Virus record (IMG/VR): IMGVR_UViG_3300036760_000306
Coordinates: 52,458 to 116,457 of that record
DNA from: a virus
Strand: one strand, 5' to 3'
Length of the DNA: 64,000 nucleotides
Shown: positions 9,378 to 18,930 of the stretch, piece after piece
Layout of the letters: each line of letters begins with the position of its first letter
Numbering within the stretch: the first letter of the stretch is position 1
The notes under the pieces: generated by a model
Databases searched by the model: none
Seen by the model: the letters and a program-made list of their open reading frames with translations, nothing else
What the model was told of the DNA's origin: nothing
Position numbers and translations under genes: made by a program

Positions 9378-9778
9378 CGACCCCAGCTAAGCCTAGCTGA
9401 GTACGACATCGTTACCACTATGTCGTAAGCTTCCGATGGATCTTGAGTTGAACCCATGAAAGAAGCGGTAACGGTAACGTACCAACCGCCTTTTGAGAAC
9501 GGAATTTCAAAGGTCCATTGTTTGCCGCTGGTCAGGCTGGGCGAATTTCTGTTGCTATAGTATTCTGCCCGGTAGTTCTGGATGGGGATCCCAGCAGCAG
9601 AGAGTCTGTCGAAGATCGCTGTAATCGGCTTCCAGTCGCTATCTCTGTGGACCCCGCTTGTCCCCGTCTGGGTAAGCTTCCTCAAGTAGGTTTCTGCCCG
9701 AGCCCTGGTCAAGCCTTCTAGGCCCTGATCTTGAGCTTGCAGGTAACGGAGGGCTACTTTTTGAGTGGTAGGGTCCAT
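9374..9778 (-). CDS. Hypothetical protein with N-terminal KVALRYLQA tag
   Basis: MDPTTQKVALRYLQAQ followed by an alpha/beta domain. Confidence 0.7.
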   Translation of the reverse strand: MDPTTQKVALRYLQAQDQGLEGLTRARAETYLRKLTQTGTSGVHRDSDWKPITAIFDRLSAAGIPIQNYRAEYYSNRNSPSLTSGKQWTFEIPFSKGGWYVTVTASFMGSTQDPSEAYDIVVTMSYSARLSWGR

Positions 9779-9805
9779 GTACACCACTGTCGGGACAACA
9801 ATGCC

Positions 9806-10648
9806 TTATTTCTGAACAGTGCTGACCATCCCCAGGGGCTCATCCGAAAGCTCGAACCGCATCACCTGCTCGAACCCGACCGGGACTCGCAGGAATGGCC
9901 CATCGAGGTACAGGGTGGCGTCGGTCGTGAGGCTGGTGAACGTGAACTTGTCGCCCAGCCAGACCAAGGAGCCCGTTTCGGTTTCGGAGCAGACCTCACG
10001 TAGGACGGTCTGGAGCTGCTTTGAGAGAAGAGGCAGCACTTTACCGCCCGAGGACCTGATAGCCCCTGTGGAGCCCGCCCCGGTGCCCACCCAGAGCCCT
10101 GAGCAGGCGTAGCGAATCTTCCCCGGGGGTGCAATCCGGGTCATGGCCGCCGGACACGTGTGGCTGAACAGGGCCTCATTGAGCACCCGGCGGCTCACCA
10201 CTTGCTTGCCCACCGTCACGGACATCCTGGGGATCCAGGTGACCTTGCGGTCCTCCGATAGCGCCTTCTTGAGCGCCTTGGTCAGCAGGTGCTTCTTCTC
10301 GAAGATCTGACAGAAGCGGCCCTTGCTGAATACCGGGTCACTGTTGATCGCGAACAGGAAGGCCTTTGGGCCAATGTTGTGGCTCGCCGACAAGACCGTG
10401 CCATCTCCGCCCACGGTAATCACGAGATCCCCGTGACCCGCTTTGAACCTCTGCCCAGCACCTTCCACGACCCAAGGCTTCACCCCGAGTTCAGACAGAA
10501 CCGCGATGGTGAGATTCACGGTACGGACGTGACGGGCGTGGGAGCCCTCCATGCGGATCCTCGATACCTCGCTGAGCTTACCAAATTGGGCACGGTTTAG
10601 GCGGTATTGCTCCCAGGTGGACTGCTTCTTGACGAGGATGACTCTCAC
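9806..10648 (-). CDS. nadK: NAD kinase
   Basis: VGGDGT, LNE, GLWVGTGAGSTG..RSSGG and LYLDG motifs. Confidence 0.9.
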   Translation of the reverse strand: MRVILVKKQSTWEQYRLNRAQFGKLSEVSRIRMEGSHARHVRTVNLTIAVLSELGVKPWVVEGAGQRFKAGHGDLVITVGGDGTVLSASHNIGPKAFLFAINSDPVFSKGRFCQIFEKKHLLTKALKKALSEDRKVTWIPRMSVTVGKQVVSRRVLNEALFSHTCPAAMTRIAPPGKIRYACSGLWVGTGAGSTGAIRSSGGKVLPLLSKQLQTVLREVCSETETGSLVWLGDKFTFTSLTTDATLYLDGPFLRVPVGFEQVMRFELSDEPLGMVSTVQK

Positions 10649-10699
10649 CAGAACCGCTTTTCAGGGGCCTTCTCAGCCTTTGCTTCGATTTCGTCCACT

Positions 10700-10933
10700 T
10701 CAGCTCCTACGTGTAGAACCAAAACCACCCTGGAAGAGCGCGTTGGGGTGCAGTTGAACACCGTCAAGTAGGAGGGGTTTTCGGTCGGGCATGATCTTGT
10801 AGACGGGAAGCCCGAGGTGAGCACGCAGCGAGGTCATCTCGGATGCCGCTTTGCTCACGGTGAAGTGCGTGATTTCAGCGTCCCCTGACTTACCAGGGGA
10901 CAGGATATCGACCATCTTGGGGAACAATGTCAT
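10700..10933 (-). CDS. Hypothetical protein
   Basis: Start lies directly behind a full bipartite promoter motif. Confidence 0.55.
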   Translation of the reverse strand: MTLFPKMVDILSPGKSGDAEITHFTVSKAASEMTSLRAHLGLPVYKIMPDRKPLLLDGVQLHPNALFQGGFGSTRRS

Positions 10934-10938
10934 GCCGA

Positions 10939-10966
10939 TACCACACTTGGACTCGGGAAAACTCTA
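10939..10966 (-). promoter_or_regulatory. Bipartite phage promoter TAGAGT-N13-AGTGTGGTA
   Basis: Reverse complement TAGAGTTTTCCCGAGTCCAAGTGTGGTATCGGC-ATG; same spacing as 7 other copies. Confidence 0.7.
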
Positions 10967-11395
10967 GGCTTTGGTGACGATTTCACCAGACGACACCAAG
11001 GTTGCCTTCCCCATCAAGGTCTTGTTGTAGACGACCCGCCGGTCCCCATTCGAGGGGATGTCGAAGAAGAAACTATGCGCGTCCGTGCTACTGCGGAACA
11101 CATCATAGACGATTCGAGGCGTACCCTCGCCGCATCCTAAAGCCTCTGCAACTTTCTGAAGGAGATCCGGTTCCTGCTGTAGAACCGACTTGCGTTCCTC
11201 CAGGCAGAATTGCCACTCGTGGGAGTGGCTAGCCGACCTGAAGGCATACATAATTTCGTAGAGCTGGCCCTCAACTCGGACCAAAGAGCCGGGCTGCCAC
11301 CTAAGCTTAGGCGGTTTGCCCGTTTGCACCGCCATGCGGCCTCTACCTTCGGGACCCCGAAGGGTCATCATAGGGGGCAACTGAATCTTTTTCAT
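10964..11395 (-). CDS. Hypothetical protein
   Basis: 143 aa ORF in a minus-strand gene run. Confidence 0.65.
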   Translation of the reverse strand: MKKIQLPPMMTLRGPEGRGRMAVQTGKPPKLRWQPGSLVRVEGQLYEIMYAFRSASHSHEWQFCLEERKSVLQQEPDLLQKVAEALGCGEGTPRIVYDVFRSSTDAHSFFFDIPSNGDRRVVYNKTLMGKATLVSSGEIVTKA

Positions 11396-11541
11396 CCTAC
11401 GAGTGCTCTACCAGCTCTTTACGGAGCCGATCTTTCATTCGGCGCTTGCGCCGGTCACGCATCACTCCAGCCTTACGGCCACGAGCGATCACAGCAACCG
11501 AGTTACGAACCTCATTGCTCTTTACTTTGGTTGCCATGCCG

Positions 11542-11913
11542 TTACCACACGTCAGCTGGCGCTTTCGCTGCGTCGCGTGCTGCGATTTCTGCGATGTAGC
11601 GATCTGTATCGCGTGTCCTGATCGCTGCGCAGAGGCGCTCTACCTCGCGACACGCCTTCGACGCCGCGCTCTGACAGGCGTCTCGATATGCCCGCGCATC
11701 CGCGAGCTGCGCCTCAAGCGTCGGCTCATCCACGGTGGGCGCAGTCCGCACATTGCGGCTGTTCCTGACCTCGCCGCTCTTCATACGCCGAAGGCCGAAC
11801 AGCTTCGCGGGCTTCCATTTTCCGCAATCGGTACACTGAAACTTGGCATTGGTCAGCACGACCTTGCCGGTGCGGTGGCGTACCGTTGTGTTCACATCTA
11901 CATCTTTGCTCAT
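11542..11913 (-). CDS. Zn-finger protein plus a downstream small gene, fused by a probable 1-nt deletion
   Basis: CTDC...EVRN in one frame and QPQCADC in the -1 frame at about 11761. Confidence 0.5.
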   Translation of the reverse strand: MSKDVDVNTTVRHRTGKVVLTNAKFQCTDCGKWKPAKLFGLRRMKSGEVRNSRNVRTAPTVDEPTLEAQLADARAYRDACQSAASKACREVERLCAAIRTRDTDRYIAEIAARDAAKAPADVW

Positions 11914-11936
11914 ACTATCTCCTAGAGTCTCGGGGT

Positions 11937-12140
11937 TCAAAGCTTAGGATCTTTGTCCTCATTTCGGATCTTAGCGAGGTCAGCAAGCATCGTTCGGTAC
12001 CCGTGGACCCGACCCAAAAAGTACATGCCCAAAAGCGGCACCAGAAACACAGGCACAAGATGGAAGCCGCCTATTCGTACCCCAGCCGCCACCAACGCTA
12101 CAGCGGGGACACAGTACATAAAGTCAGAGAAGGTTCGCAT
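11937..12140 (-). CDS. Small membrane protein
   Basis: Two hydrophobic segments. Confidence 0.55.
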   Translation of the reverse strand: MRTFSDFMYCVPAVALVAAGVRIGGFHLVPVFLVPLLGMYFLGRVHGYRTMLADLAKIRNEDKDPKL

Positions 12141-12146
12141 CTCTAT

Positions 12147-12824
12147 TCACGACCCCGGTGGTGGGCTCATACGCTCCAATTCCGTGATCAGCCTCCGGAT
12201 GTTCTGACGAGCCTGGGCCTCGAAGCGGTCCTGGAAGTACGGAGTCAGGAAGATACTTCGCTTGGCCAATAGGCCCTCAAGGAACGCTTTGCGGCCGACC
12301 TTGACTTGCTCCATGGTGTACTTTTGGAGAAATTCCTTGATGATGTTCTGGTCGTTCCAGACCGCGATCTCCCAACGGGGTTCCCCGAAGCTGGCGATGT
12401 CGCAGTCCATGAGCAGAGCTGTTGGGAACGCCACGTCCTCGAATTCTAACTTTCCGTGCTTGGCCGTGGTCAGAATCATCTTCTCGGCCTCCTGGTACTC
12501 TCCGATGTGCGCTATTTGAGATTGCAGAAACCAAACACTGTCTTGCTCGTTCCCCGGCGATCCTTGGGTTGTGTAGATCACATCGTGGAACAAAGCTGCA
12601 ATGCTCATTTCCCGTTTACACTTAGGAGTGAGATAGACCGGCCGATCATTGAACACATCATCGCAACAGTGGTTGACCCAACTCAGAACCGCCAAGGCGT
12701 GGTTCCAGTCGTGGTAATGCCGGTGGGGCTCCTGGTACTTGGCCTTGACCTGATCAAGACACGGGAGGTCGTGGAGACTCGCTCGGGTCAAGATGTGGGT
12801 TTCTTCTGCGGGTGTGAAGTGCAT
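12147..12824 (-). CDS. HD-superfamily phosphohydrolase (COG4339-like)
   Basis: Y.EPHRHYH...H, AALFHDVIY, NEQDS, D.D, GRKAFL..LL....IF.T, EAQARQNI. Confidence 0.85.
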   Translation of the reverse strand: MHFTPAEETHILTRASLHDLPCLDQVKAKYQEPHRHYHDWNHALAVLSWVNHCCDDVFNDRPVYLTPKCKREMSIAALFHDVIYTTQGSPGNEQDSVWFLQSQIAHIGEYQEAEKMILTTAKHGKLEFEDVAFPTALLMDCDIASFGEPRWEIAVWNDQNIIKEFLQKYTMEQVKVGRKAFLEGLLAKRSIFLTPYFQDRFEAQARQNIRRLITELERMSPPPGS

Positions 12825-12826
12825 GG

Positions 12827-13010
12827 CTATTTAGTTACCGCAAGATGTCTGCGATCCTTTAGAGGTTCACGTCGCCAAGAGTTGAGGCTACTAGAGCAAC
12901 CCTCTCCAGCATACTGCGCTTCCCTGTAGCGAGCACCCTCGGCCCCCGGAAGTAACATAAGCTTGCAGACATGCCGAGTCCCGTTCCAATCTAACTCTGG
13001 ACATAGTGGT
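12827..13010 (-). pseudogene. 5'-truncated or frameshifted Cys-containing gene remnant
   Basis: Frame LCPELDWNGTRHVCKLM...GEGCSSSLNSWRREP...* reads like protein but lacks a start ahead of the first Cys. Confidence 0.4.
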
Positions 13011-13027
13011 TGCTTTGGGCGCTTTCT

Positions 13028-13645
13028 TCATGCTTTTAGCTTCCAATCGTTGTCATCCCACGGGCACTTCCCTGCCAAAATAGCAACCCATTCAGTTTCG
13101 GTTGGAATCCGCCACGTCCCTTCGGGTTCAGAGCTGGTGTCTTGCGGGTTCTCCCAAGATCCTGGACCCCAGACGTACTTGCCTTCCCAGACCAAGATTC
13201 CGGCAGACGGCGGTTTGAGTCCCAGATCGTCAATATGCGAGAACCCTGCCTCCTCCATTTCAAAACGAATGTGACCGCCAACGCCCCACAACACGACCCC
13301 TTCGGATCCGTTGCTAGCCGCGACAACCAGTGATGGCTTGCTGAAGTCGTAGTCGCCCCAAGGCGGTTCCCGTGGTGTGTCGTTGAAGCCGAAAGTCATC
13401 CCTCCTCCGTTCATATTTAGATCTTTTGCCCCGCTTTCTTGTGAGCCCAGCACGCGGGGAGGCGTATGCGCTTTCTTGTGCGCCCAACACGCAGCGATTG
13501 CTTCGGCGCGTGTGGCGTACCAAATACGGAGGTATGGGATGTAGGGGTATTCCACGCTCGGTGTATCCATTGTCCAAGTGTCGATCGCTACGCGGACGAG
13601 GTACCCATCCGGCGGTTCCGACTGTGTTTTGCTCATGGTTCCCAT
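13028..13645 (-). CDS. Hypothetical protein
   Basis: 205 aa ORF abutting the upstream gene. Confidence 0.7.
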   Translation of the reverse strand: MGTMSKTQSEPPDGYLVRVAIDTWTMDTPSVEYPYIPYLRIWYATRAEAIAACWAHKKAHTPPRVLGSQESGAKDLNMNGGGMTFGFNDTPREPPWGDYDFSKPSLVVAASNGSEGVVLWGVGGHIRFEMEEAGFSHIDDLGLKPPSAGILVWEGKYVWGPGSWENPQDTSSEPEGTWRIPTETEWVAILAGKCPWDDNDWKLKA

Positions 13646-13996
13646 CTATTCCCCAAACAGAGCCTTCTTGAGGGCCGCCTTGGCCTCGGGGTTGCTGTCG
13701 ATGGCGGGCCCGAATATACACCGGAGCTTCTCTCCAAGATAGGCCATGTCGTGCCCCTCGCAGGGCAACGCTACCCCTGAGTGCTCGTTGATCAGTTTCG
13801 GGTCGATGCCCTGCTTAGCTGCCGCGTCCAACAAGTCCACGTACTTGCCCATGAGCCCGTTGAATTCGATGAAGGCGTGTGCCTCGCTTCCGACCTTGGC
13901 CACGAAGCACATCCAGTAGAACTGCTCGTTCAAAGACCGCAGCGTCTGGATGATCTCCGGCTTGTGCCGGACCACTTCATCGTCAGCGTTTTGCAT
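13646..13996 (-). CDS. Hypothetical protein
   Basis: Start reassigned to MQNADDE at 13996, which overlaps the end of 13983..14255. Confidence 0.7.
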   Translation of the reverse strand: MQNADDEVVRHKPEIIQTLRSLNEQFYWMCFVAKVGSEAHAFIEFNGLMGKYVDLLDAAAKQGIDPKLINEHSGVALPCEGHDMAYLGEKLRCIFGPAIDSNPEAKAALKKALFGE

Positions 13997-14255
13997 AGGG
14001 CTCCGTGTCTTGTAAATGATCCCATACAGTGCGGGTAACCGGCGTGTTGGGACTGAAAAACCAACATGAAATGGAGTCATCTCGGGTTCCAAACCCATGG
14101 GCTTCCGCGCATAACGCCATATCCATGATCCCGGCGTACAAACAAACCCGTCCAAGAACCCAGCGACTGATTCGAGACTGGGGTCCGAACAGAAGACTCG
14201 ACGCATTCAGGAGAGGCAACCATAGTCGCAGCAAACGTCGAGCTTTAAACAACAT
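13983..14255 (-). CDS. Hypothetical protein with C-terminal TVWDHL tag
   Basis: AGGAG SD upstream; ends PVTRTVWDHLQDTEPYAKR. Confidence 0.65.
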   Translation of the reverse strand: MLFKARRLLRLWLPLLNASSLLFGPQSRISRWVLGRVCLYAGIMDMALCAEAHGFGTRDDSISCWFFSPNTPVTRTVWDHLQDTEPYAKR

Positions 14256-14276
14256 GGTAACTCCTATGTGAAGCGG

Positions 14277-14558
14277 TCACCCTGAGATGCTCTGCATGAT
14301 GCGGGTGAAGCCTTCGAGACAACGGGCCCTGGTGGCCAGCACCTTCTCGAACAGCGTGGGGCTCTCAGCCTGAGCGATCTCCAACAGCCGCTGACCCGCG
14401 AGATGTGCGATGATCGAGGGCTGCTCCTGTTCCGTGTACTGCAACGCTGCCCGGAGGATGGAATCAACCACAAGCTCGTCAGCTTGAGCTTGCCAGTGGC
14501 TGAAGGGCTTGCCGTTGAATCGCTTACGCTTGCGGATGATCTCGTGAAACTGGTTCAT
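14277..14558 (-). CDS. Hypothetical protein
   Basis: 93 aa helical ORF. Confidence 0.6.
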   Translation of the reverse strand: MNQFHEIIRKRKRFNGKPFSHWQAQADELVVDSILRAALQYTEQEQPSIIAHLAGQRLLEIAQAESPTLFEKVLATRARCLEGFTRIMQSISG

Positions 14559-14612
14559 AGGACACCTAAACGAGGGAGGCCGGAAGTGCCGACCTCCCCC
14601 GTCGGTTGAAGG

Positions 14613-15335
14613 TCAGTTGGTGAGGCTCACGAAGTAGTCGTGGGCCTTGGCGTGGCGGTCGATGACCGTGGCGGGGCTGCCCTTCTTGAGGCCTTCCGTG
14701 ACCGCGTTGTAGAGGCCCCAGATGTTCCGATCCGAGAACTCCACGTGACGGGGAGTTTCCCAGTCCCCGAAGGCCACCGATGCCTGGTGAGGCGTCAAAA
14801 GGCCCTTGCCCATCGCGACACCCAGCAGGGCGTAACCACGGTCCTTGTGGCAGCTCTTGGCCTTCATGGCCTCGACTTCATGCTGGACCTTCTCGAAGCT
14901 CTGCATTGCCGTGCCGACCTGTTCGAGTACGAGGCGCTGAAAGTCCTCCCAGACGTTCGCAGTGTTGCGGCGGACCACCCGGAAGGCATCGCCCGAGAAG
15001 CAGAGGTTGTCGCACACGAAGACGTTGGCTCCGCCGACCAGACCGAGCGCAAGGCTCTTGTCGTAGGACTGGCGCATGCCGATGCTCAGACCCTTCTCGG
15101 AGTCGCCTGTGTCCAGGGTGATGCGGCCGAACAACTGGCTGCCCGCCTTGTTGAGGCCGTAGGACTCGCTCTTGACCTCCAGGCCAAGGTGCTCCCGTGC
15201 GGTGTCACGCAGGAAGTTGATGGCGTCGCCGTACGAGACAGGCTTCCAGGTGTCGGTCGCCTCGGGGGGCGTCACGGCCATGACCTGGGCCAACGTCGTC
15301 TGTTCCGAACCACAATGCAGGATGAGACCGTTCAT
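14613..15335 (-). CDS. DUF932-family protein
   Basis: SYDKS, G..VFVCDNL.F and N.WGLYNAVTE motifs; GGAG SD. Confidence 0.8.
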   Translation of the reverse strand: MNGLILHCGSEQTTLAQVMAVTPPEATDTWKPVSYGDAINFLRDTAREHLGLEVKSESYGLNKAGSQLFGRITLDTGDSEKGLSIGMRQSYDKSLALGLVGGANVFVCDNLCFSGDAFRVVRRNTANVWEDFQRLVLEQVGTAMQSFEKVQHEVEAMKAKSCHKDRGYALLGVAMGKGLLTPHQASVAFGDWETPRHVEFSDRNIWGLYNAVTEGLKKGSPATVIDRHAKAHDYFVSLTN

Positions 15336-15373
15336 TTCTTGCTCCGTCGTTGTCTAGGGTTGAGTTACCTAAC

Positions 15374-15401
15374 TACTACACCGATGAGAGGCGAAACTCC
15401 A
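15374..15401 (-). promoter_or_regulatory. Bipartite phage promoter TGGAGT-N13-GGTGTAGTA
   Basis: Same geometry as the other copies; here followed by a short leader containing an SD. Confidence 0.65.
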
Positions 15402-15501
15402 GACCTAATTGCAAAAAAGATGGTCCCGATTACGTGGGATCGGTCAAAACTACGAAATCACAGGCAAAATAGTTGAGAAAGATTTGGTGTAGGTGGGCGG
15501 T

Positions 15502-16668
15502 ATGCTCCCCATCTACGCCCTTGAACCGCTGCCCACAAAGATGACCAAGGCCATTTTTTTGGCCGGTCCTACTCCCCGAAAACCCGAAGTCGAGAGCTGG
15601 CGTCGAGATGCCCTGGGGCTTCTCGAATCACTTGGGTATGACGGTCACGTCTTTATCCCCGAACCTGCCGACGGGGTTTGGGCTTCGGACTACACGTCCC
15701 AAGTTGAATGGGAAGAAGCCGCCCTGAATCAGGCGGACCTGATCGTGTTCTGGCTGCCCCGGGATCTGGAGACGCTCCCCGGGTTCACGACCAACGATGA
15801 GTGGGGCGTGTGGAAGGCTTCGGGGAAGGTCCTGTTTGGCGCTCCCGAGGGGGCCGTCAAGGTCCAGTACCAACAGCACTACGCGGAGAAGCACAGGGTA
15901 CCGCAGTTTGACACCTTGCGGGGGCTGTTGCGGGCTGCCGTGACTCGGTTGGGGCCAGGGCGGCTCCGACAAGGCGGGGAGGTCAAGGTGCCGCTCTACG
16001 TCTGGGAGCAGCCCTCTTTCCAGAGCTGGTACAGCTACCAGCAGCACGCGGGCAACGTGCTCAAGGCCGCAGAGGTGCTGTGGACGTTCCGGGTTGGCCC
16101 GAAGCTCGACAAGCTGTTCTGTTGGGTGCTCCGGGTGTCCGTGTACATCACGTCTGAGGACAGGGTAAAATCAAACGAATTCGTGTTGGGTCGCCCTGAT
16201 CTTTCGTCAGTGATCTTGTGGCACCGAGCCCCAACGCTCGCTGAGACCAAGGTGATCCTGATCAAGGAGTTCAGGAGCCCAGCCAGGACGCTTGACGGCT
16301 TCTTGCGTGAAGCGCCCGGCGGCTCTGCGAAGCTCGGGACCGTCACCACGGATCCCATGCTCGTGGCCATCGAAGAACTCCGGGAAGAAACCGGCTTCAT
16401 GATCGAGCCCAACAGGCTTCGTGATCACTCGTTGCGGCAAACCTTCGGCACCCTGTCTTCGGTCGGGGCTTTCGTGTACTCAGCCGAAATTACAGACCTG
16501 GAACTCAAGTTCTTCGAGGATCAAGTTGGCCAAGTCCACGGGGTAGAGGCGGACTCCGAGCGGACCTTCACTGAGATCCACAAGGTCGGGGACTTGCTGG
16601 CCCAGCCGGTAACGGACTGGGCGGCGCTCGGGATGGTTTTTGCTGCGTTGGCCGATGCGATGCGCTGA
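15502..16668 (+). CDS. Nucleoside 2-deoxyribosyltransferase-like domain fused to a Nudix hydrolase
   Basis: IFLAGPT...SWR, QVEWE..AL..AD.I.FW.PR, TTNDEWG; Nudix box PGG...AIEELREETG. Start set by GGTGTA-N10-ATG. Confidence 0.82.
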   Translation: MLPIYALEPLPTKMTKAIFLAGPTPRKPEVESWRRDALGLLESLGYDGHVFIPEPADGVWASDYTSQVEWEEAALNQADLIVFWLPRDLETLPGFTTNDEWGVWKASGKVLFGAPEGAVKVQYQQHYAEKHRVPQFDTLRGLLRAAVTRLGPGRLRQGGEVKVPLYVWEQPSFQSWYSYQQHAGNVLKAAEVLWTFRVGPKLDKLFCWVLRVSVYITSEDRVKSNEFVLGRPDLSSVILWHRAPTLAETKVILIKEFRSPARTLDGFLREAPGGSAKLGTVTTDPMLVAIEELREETGFMIEPNRLRDHSLRQTFGTLSSVGAFVYSAEITDLELKFFEDQVGQVHGVEADSERTFTEIHKVGDLLAQPVTDWAALGMVFAALADAMR

Positions 16669-16685
16669 GTGGTGTAGCAGCCCGT

Positions 16686-17393
16686 ATGTTGATCGGGATT
16701 TCGGGTTTAGCGGGCTCAGGCAAGGACGCGGCGGCGAACTTCCTGGTTGAGGACTATGGCTTCACCAAGGTTGCGCTCGCAGACCCTTTGAAGCGCATAG
16801 CCCAGTATGTCTACGCCTTCACGGACGAACAGCTCTGGGGGCCTAGCCATTTCCGCAACGCCCCAGATGAGCGGTACCCACGGCCTTGTAAGACCTGCGG
16901 TGGTGCTGGTGACAAGGTGCCTAGCAGACAGGAGCCCCTGATCCCTTGTCTGGGGTGTCATGGGGCTCGGGTCACCTATCTTGCGCCACGAGAATGTCTC
17001 CAAAAGATCGGCACAGAGTTCGGCCGCGAGTGCTATCCCAACACATGGGTGGACCTCTGCATCCGAACCTCCAAAGAACTACTAGCTGACAAAGAAGCTC
17101 GGTACGATCAAAAGCATGGTCGATACCGTTCTACAGGCGAGTCTCATAGCAGAGTCCTAGGCGTCGCGGTCCCTGACGTGCGGTTCCTCAACGAAGTCCA
17201 GGCCATCAAGCAAGCGGGCGGCAAGGTGATCAGGATCTCGCGCCCTGGGGCTGGGCTCGATGGTGCGGGTGCCCTCCATACGTCCGAGACAGAACAGGCG
17301 GGGTTACCCGACTCGATGTTCGACCAGGTGATCCAGAACACGGGGACTCTCGAAGAACTTAGGGCTGCGGTCCAGGCGTTCCTCAGCGCTTAA
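16686..17393 (+). CDS. Deoxynucleoside monophosphate kinase
   Basis: GISGLAGSGKD P-loop, ALADPLK, PRECLQKIGTEFGR, DVRFLNE, HTSE. Confidence 0.9.
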   Translation: MLIGISGLAGSGKDAAANFLVEDYGFTKVALADPLKRIAQYVYAFTDEQLWGPSHFRNAPDERYPRPCKTCGGAGDKVPSRQEPLIPCLGCHGARVTYLAPRECLQKIGTEFGRECYPNTWVDLCIRTSKELLADKEARYDQKHGRYRSTGESHSRVLGVAVPDVRFLNEVQAIKQAGGKVIRISRPGAGLDGAGALHTSETEQAGLPDSMFDQVIQNTGTLEELRAAVQAFLSA

Positions 17394-17397
17394 AAAA

Positions 17398-17432
17398 CAA
17401 GAGGCCGCTGGGACGAATCCCGCAGCCTCTTG
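17398..17432 (-). terminator. Intrinsic terminator between convergent genes
   Basis: CAAGAGGC...GGGA-CGAA-TCCC...GCCTCTTG stem followed by a T6 run on the minus strand. Confidence 0.7.
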
Positions 17433-17451
17433 CCTGACCGTGAGCCGAACC

Positions 17452-17784
17452 TCAGTCTTCGCTGGGCTCGTCTTCGTCCTCACCAGCGTCCTCGGAATCG
17501 TCGTCCTTCTTGGACTTCTTCTTCTTGGACTTCACCTCTTTGACCGGAGCTGCGGCGGCAGCCGGGGCAGCTTTCTCTTCCCCAGAGCGCACACGCAGCA
17601 CCTTGTCCACGAGGGCAATCAGGTGATCCGCCGAGTGCTTGTCAGCACCCTCCGGAACGGCGACGGGGCCTGCTTCTGCTTCCAGTTCCGCAGCATAACC
17701 GGCCGCATTGGCGATCTGTCGGTCGTATTGCTTGGCCGCTTGGCAGCGAGTTCGGAATTCAGTTAACTCTTGTGTTGTCATCAT
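17452..17784 (-). CDS. Hypothetical protein with Lys-rich and acidic tail
   Basis: MMTTQELTEF start; biased codon usage. Confidence 0.65.
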   Translation of the reverse strand: MMTTQELTEFRTRCQAAKQYDRQIANAAGYAAELEAEAGPVAVPEGADKHSADHLIALVDKVLRVRSGEEKAAPAAAAAPVKEVKSKKKKSKKDDDSEDAGEDEDEPSED

Positions 17785-18634
17785 TCGCCTCTTGCTTCTG
17801 TTGGGGGATAAGAGAATTCTGCAAAAGTTGATCGAGTAGCGGTCGCCGTTTAGCTCGACCACTCGCAAGCTCTGCTGCCATCACCTTGCTTTTGGCAACC
17901 TTTTCCTGATCGATAGGTAGACATGCGCCAGCATTAGCCGGGTCACGTGGATCACCCCAGTAGGTGTTGGCCATCCTATGCCCAACATTCAGCGGGCAGA
18001 ACTTGCGGGCTACCCCATGGTGGTAGTCCATTTCCCCGCCCCACTGAATGGGCTTACCTGGGACGGTCTCTGGGACTATCCCGCTATAGTAGAGTTGCCG
18101 GACTTGCTCTCGAAACGACGTCCACCCTCTAACCGTAGACTTCCACGTACCCGAACAGCCAGTGGGTATTGATCGCTTAGTCACGGGATCCTTTCCCGTA
18201 CACTCAATCCAACCCTGCGGAACGTCGTCTCCTGTCATCGGCAAGTAACTGATCCAAACCTGACGCAAATCCTTGAAGGGCTTGCGGCGGGTGACCCCCG
18301 ACGTTTGAGAGAACAGTGTTTTCAGTAGGGACTTGTCGGAACGCATCTCGCGCATGTTCTCCAGCGTCTGGAGCAACTTCTGGGCTTCACTGAAACTGAA
18401 TCCGCCTTCACTTACACAGACTTTGGTGAGCCACTCGTTTTCTTCTGCACTCTTTCGTACAGATCTTCGAGGCTCACGCACAGGGATCACGGGTTCAAGA
18501 GGAACCACGGGAACCACGGCCACAAGTGCCGCCGGGGGCGTGTGGTTGGGGACAGCGATAGAGGCAACTTGATCTTGTGCCGCTCCGTTTGAACACGCTG
18601 CCATGAAAAGGATGATTGATACTGACTTCCGCAT
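17759..18634 (-). CDS. Putative lipoprotein
   Basis: MRKSVSIILFMAAC lipobox-like N-terminus, Pro-rich linker, then a globular domain with several Cys. Confidence 0.6.
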   Translation of the reverse strand: MRKSVSIILFMAACSNGAAQDQVASIAVPNHTPPAALVAVVPVVPLEPVIPVREPRRSVRKSAEENEWLTKVCVSEGGFSFSEAQKLLQTLENMREMRSDKSLLKTLFSQTSGVTRRKPFKDLRQVWISYLPMTGDDVPQGWIECTGKDPVTKRSIPTGCSGTWKSTVRGWTSFREQVRQLYYSGIVPETVPGKPIQWGGEMDYHHGVARKFCPLNVGHRMANTYWGDPRDPANAGACLPIDQEKVAKSKVMAAELASGRAKRRPLLDQLLQNSLIPQQKQEANDDNTRVN

Positions 18635-18930
18635 AAACGTCTCCTGGTGATGGCATCCTTTGAGTGCACAAACCCTCCCTACTCCTTGTCTTCGGATTCA
18701 GATCAGCCACGCTAGTAGCGTCGTGATTAACGCCTTGACTGTGTTGACTACGATTCTGAGTCCCTGGGCTCGATGTGCAATCTTACACTCGTCCGGGTGC
18801 TGTAGAGTACCTTGTAATGTTGTAACAAGAGAACTATCGTAAAAGTTGGCACATTTGTTGCATACCCAATGATCTGAGTAGCCTGCCTCTAATACACCAA
18901 CCGCGCACAGTTTTTGGTGTATACACCCCC

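Noticed and set aside
13997-14206. N-terminal extension of ORF 13646..14206
   Set aside because: It overlaps 13983..14255, which has a good SD and the C-terminal tag. The start was moved to 13996.
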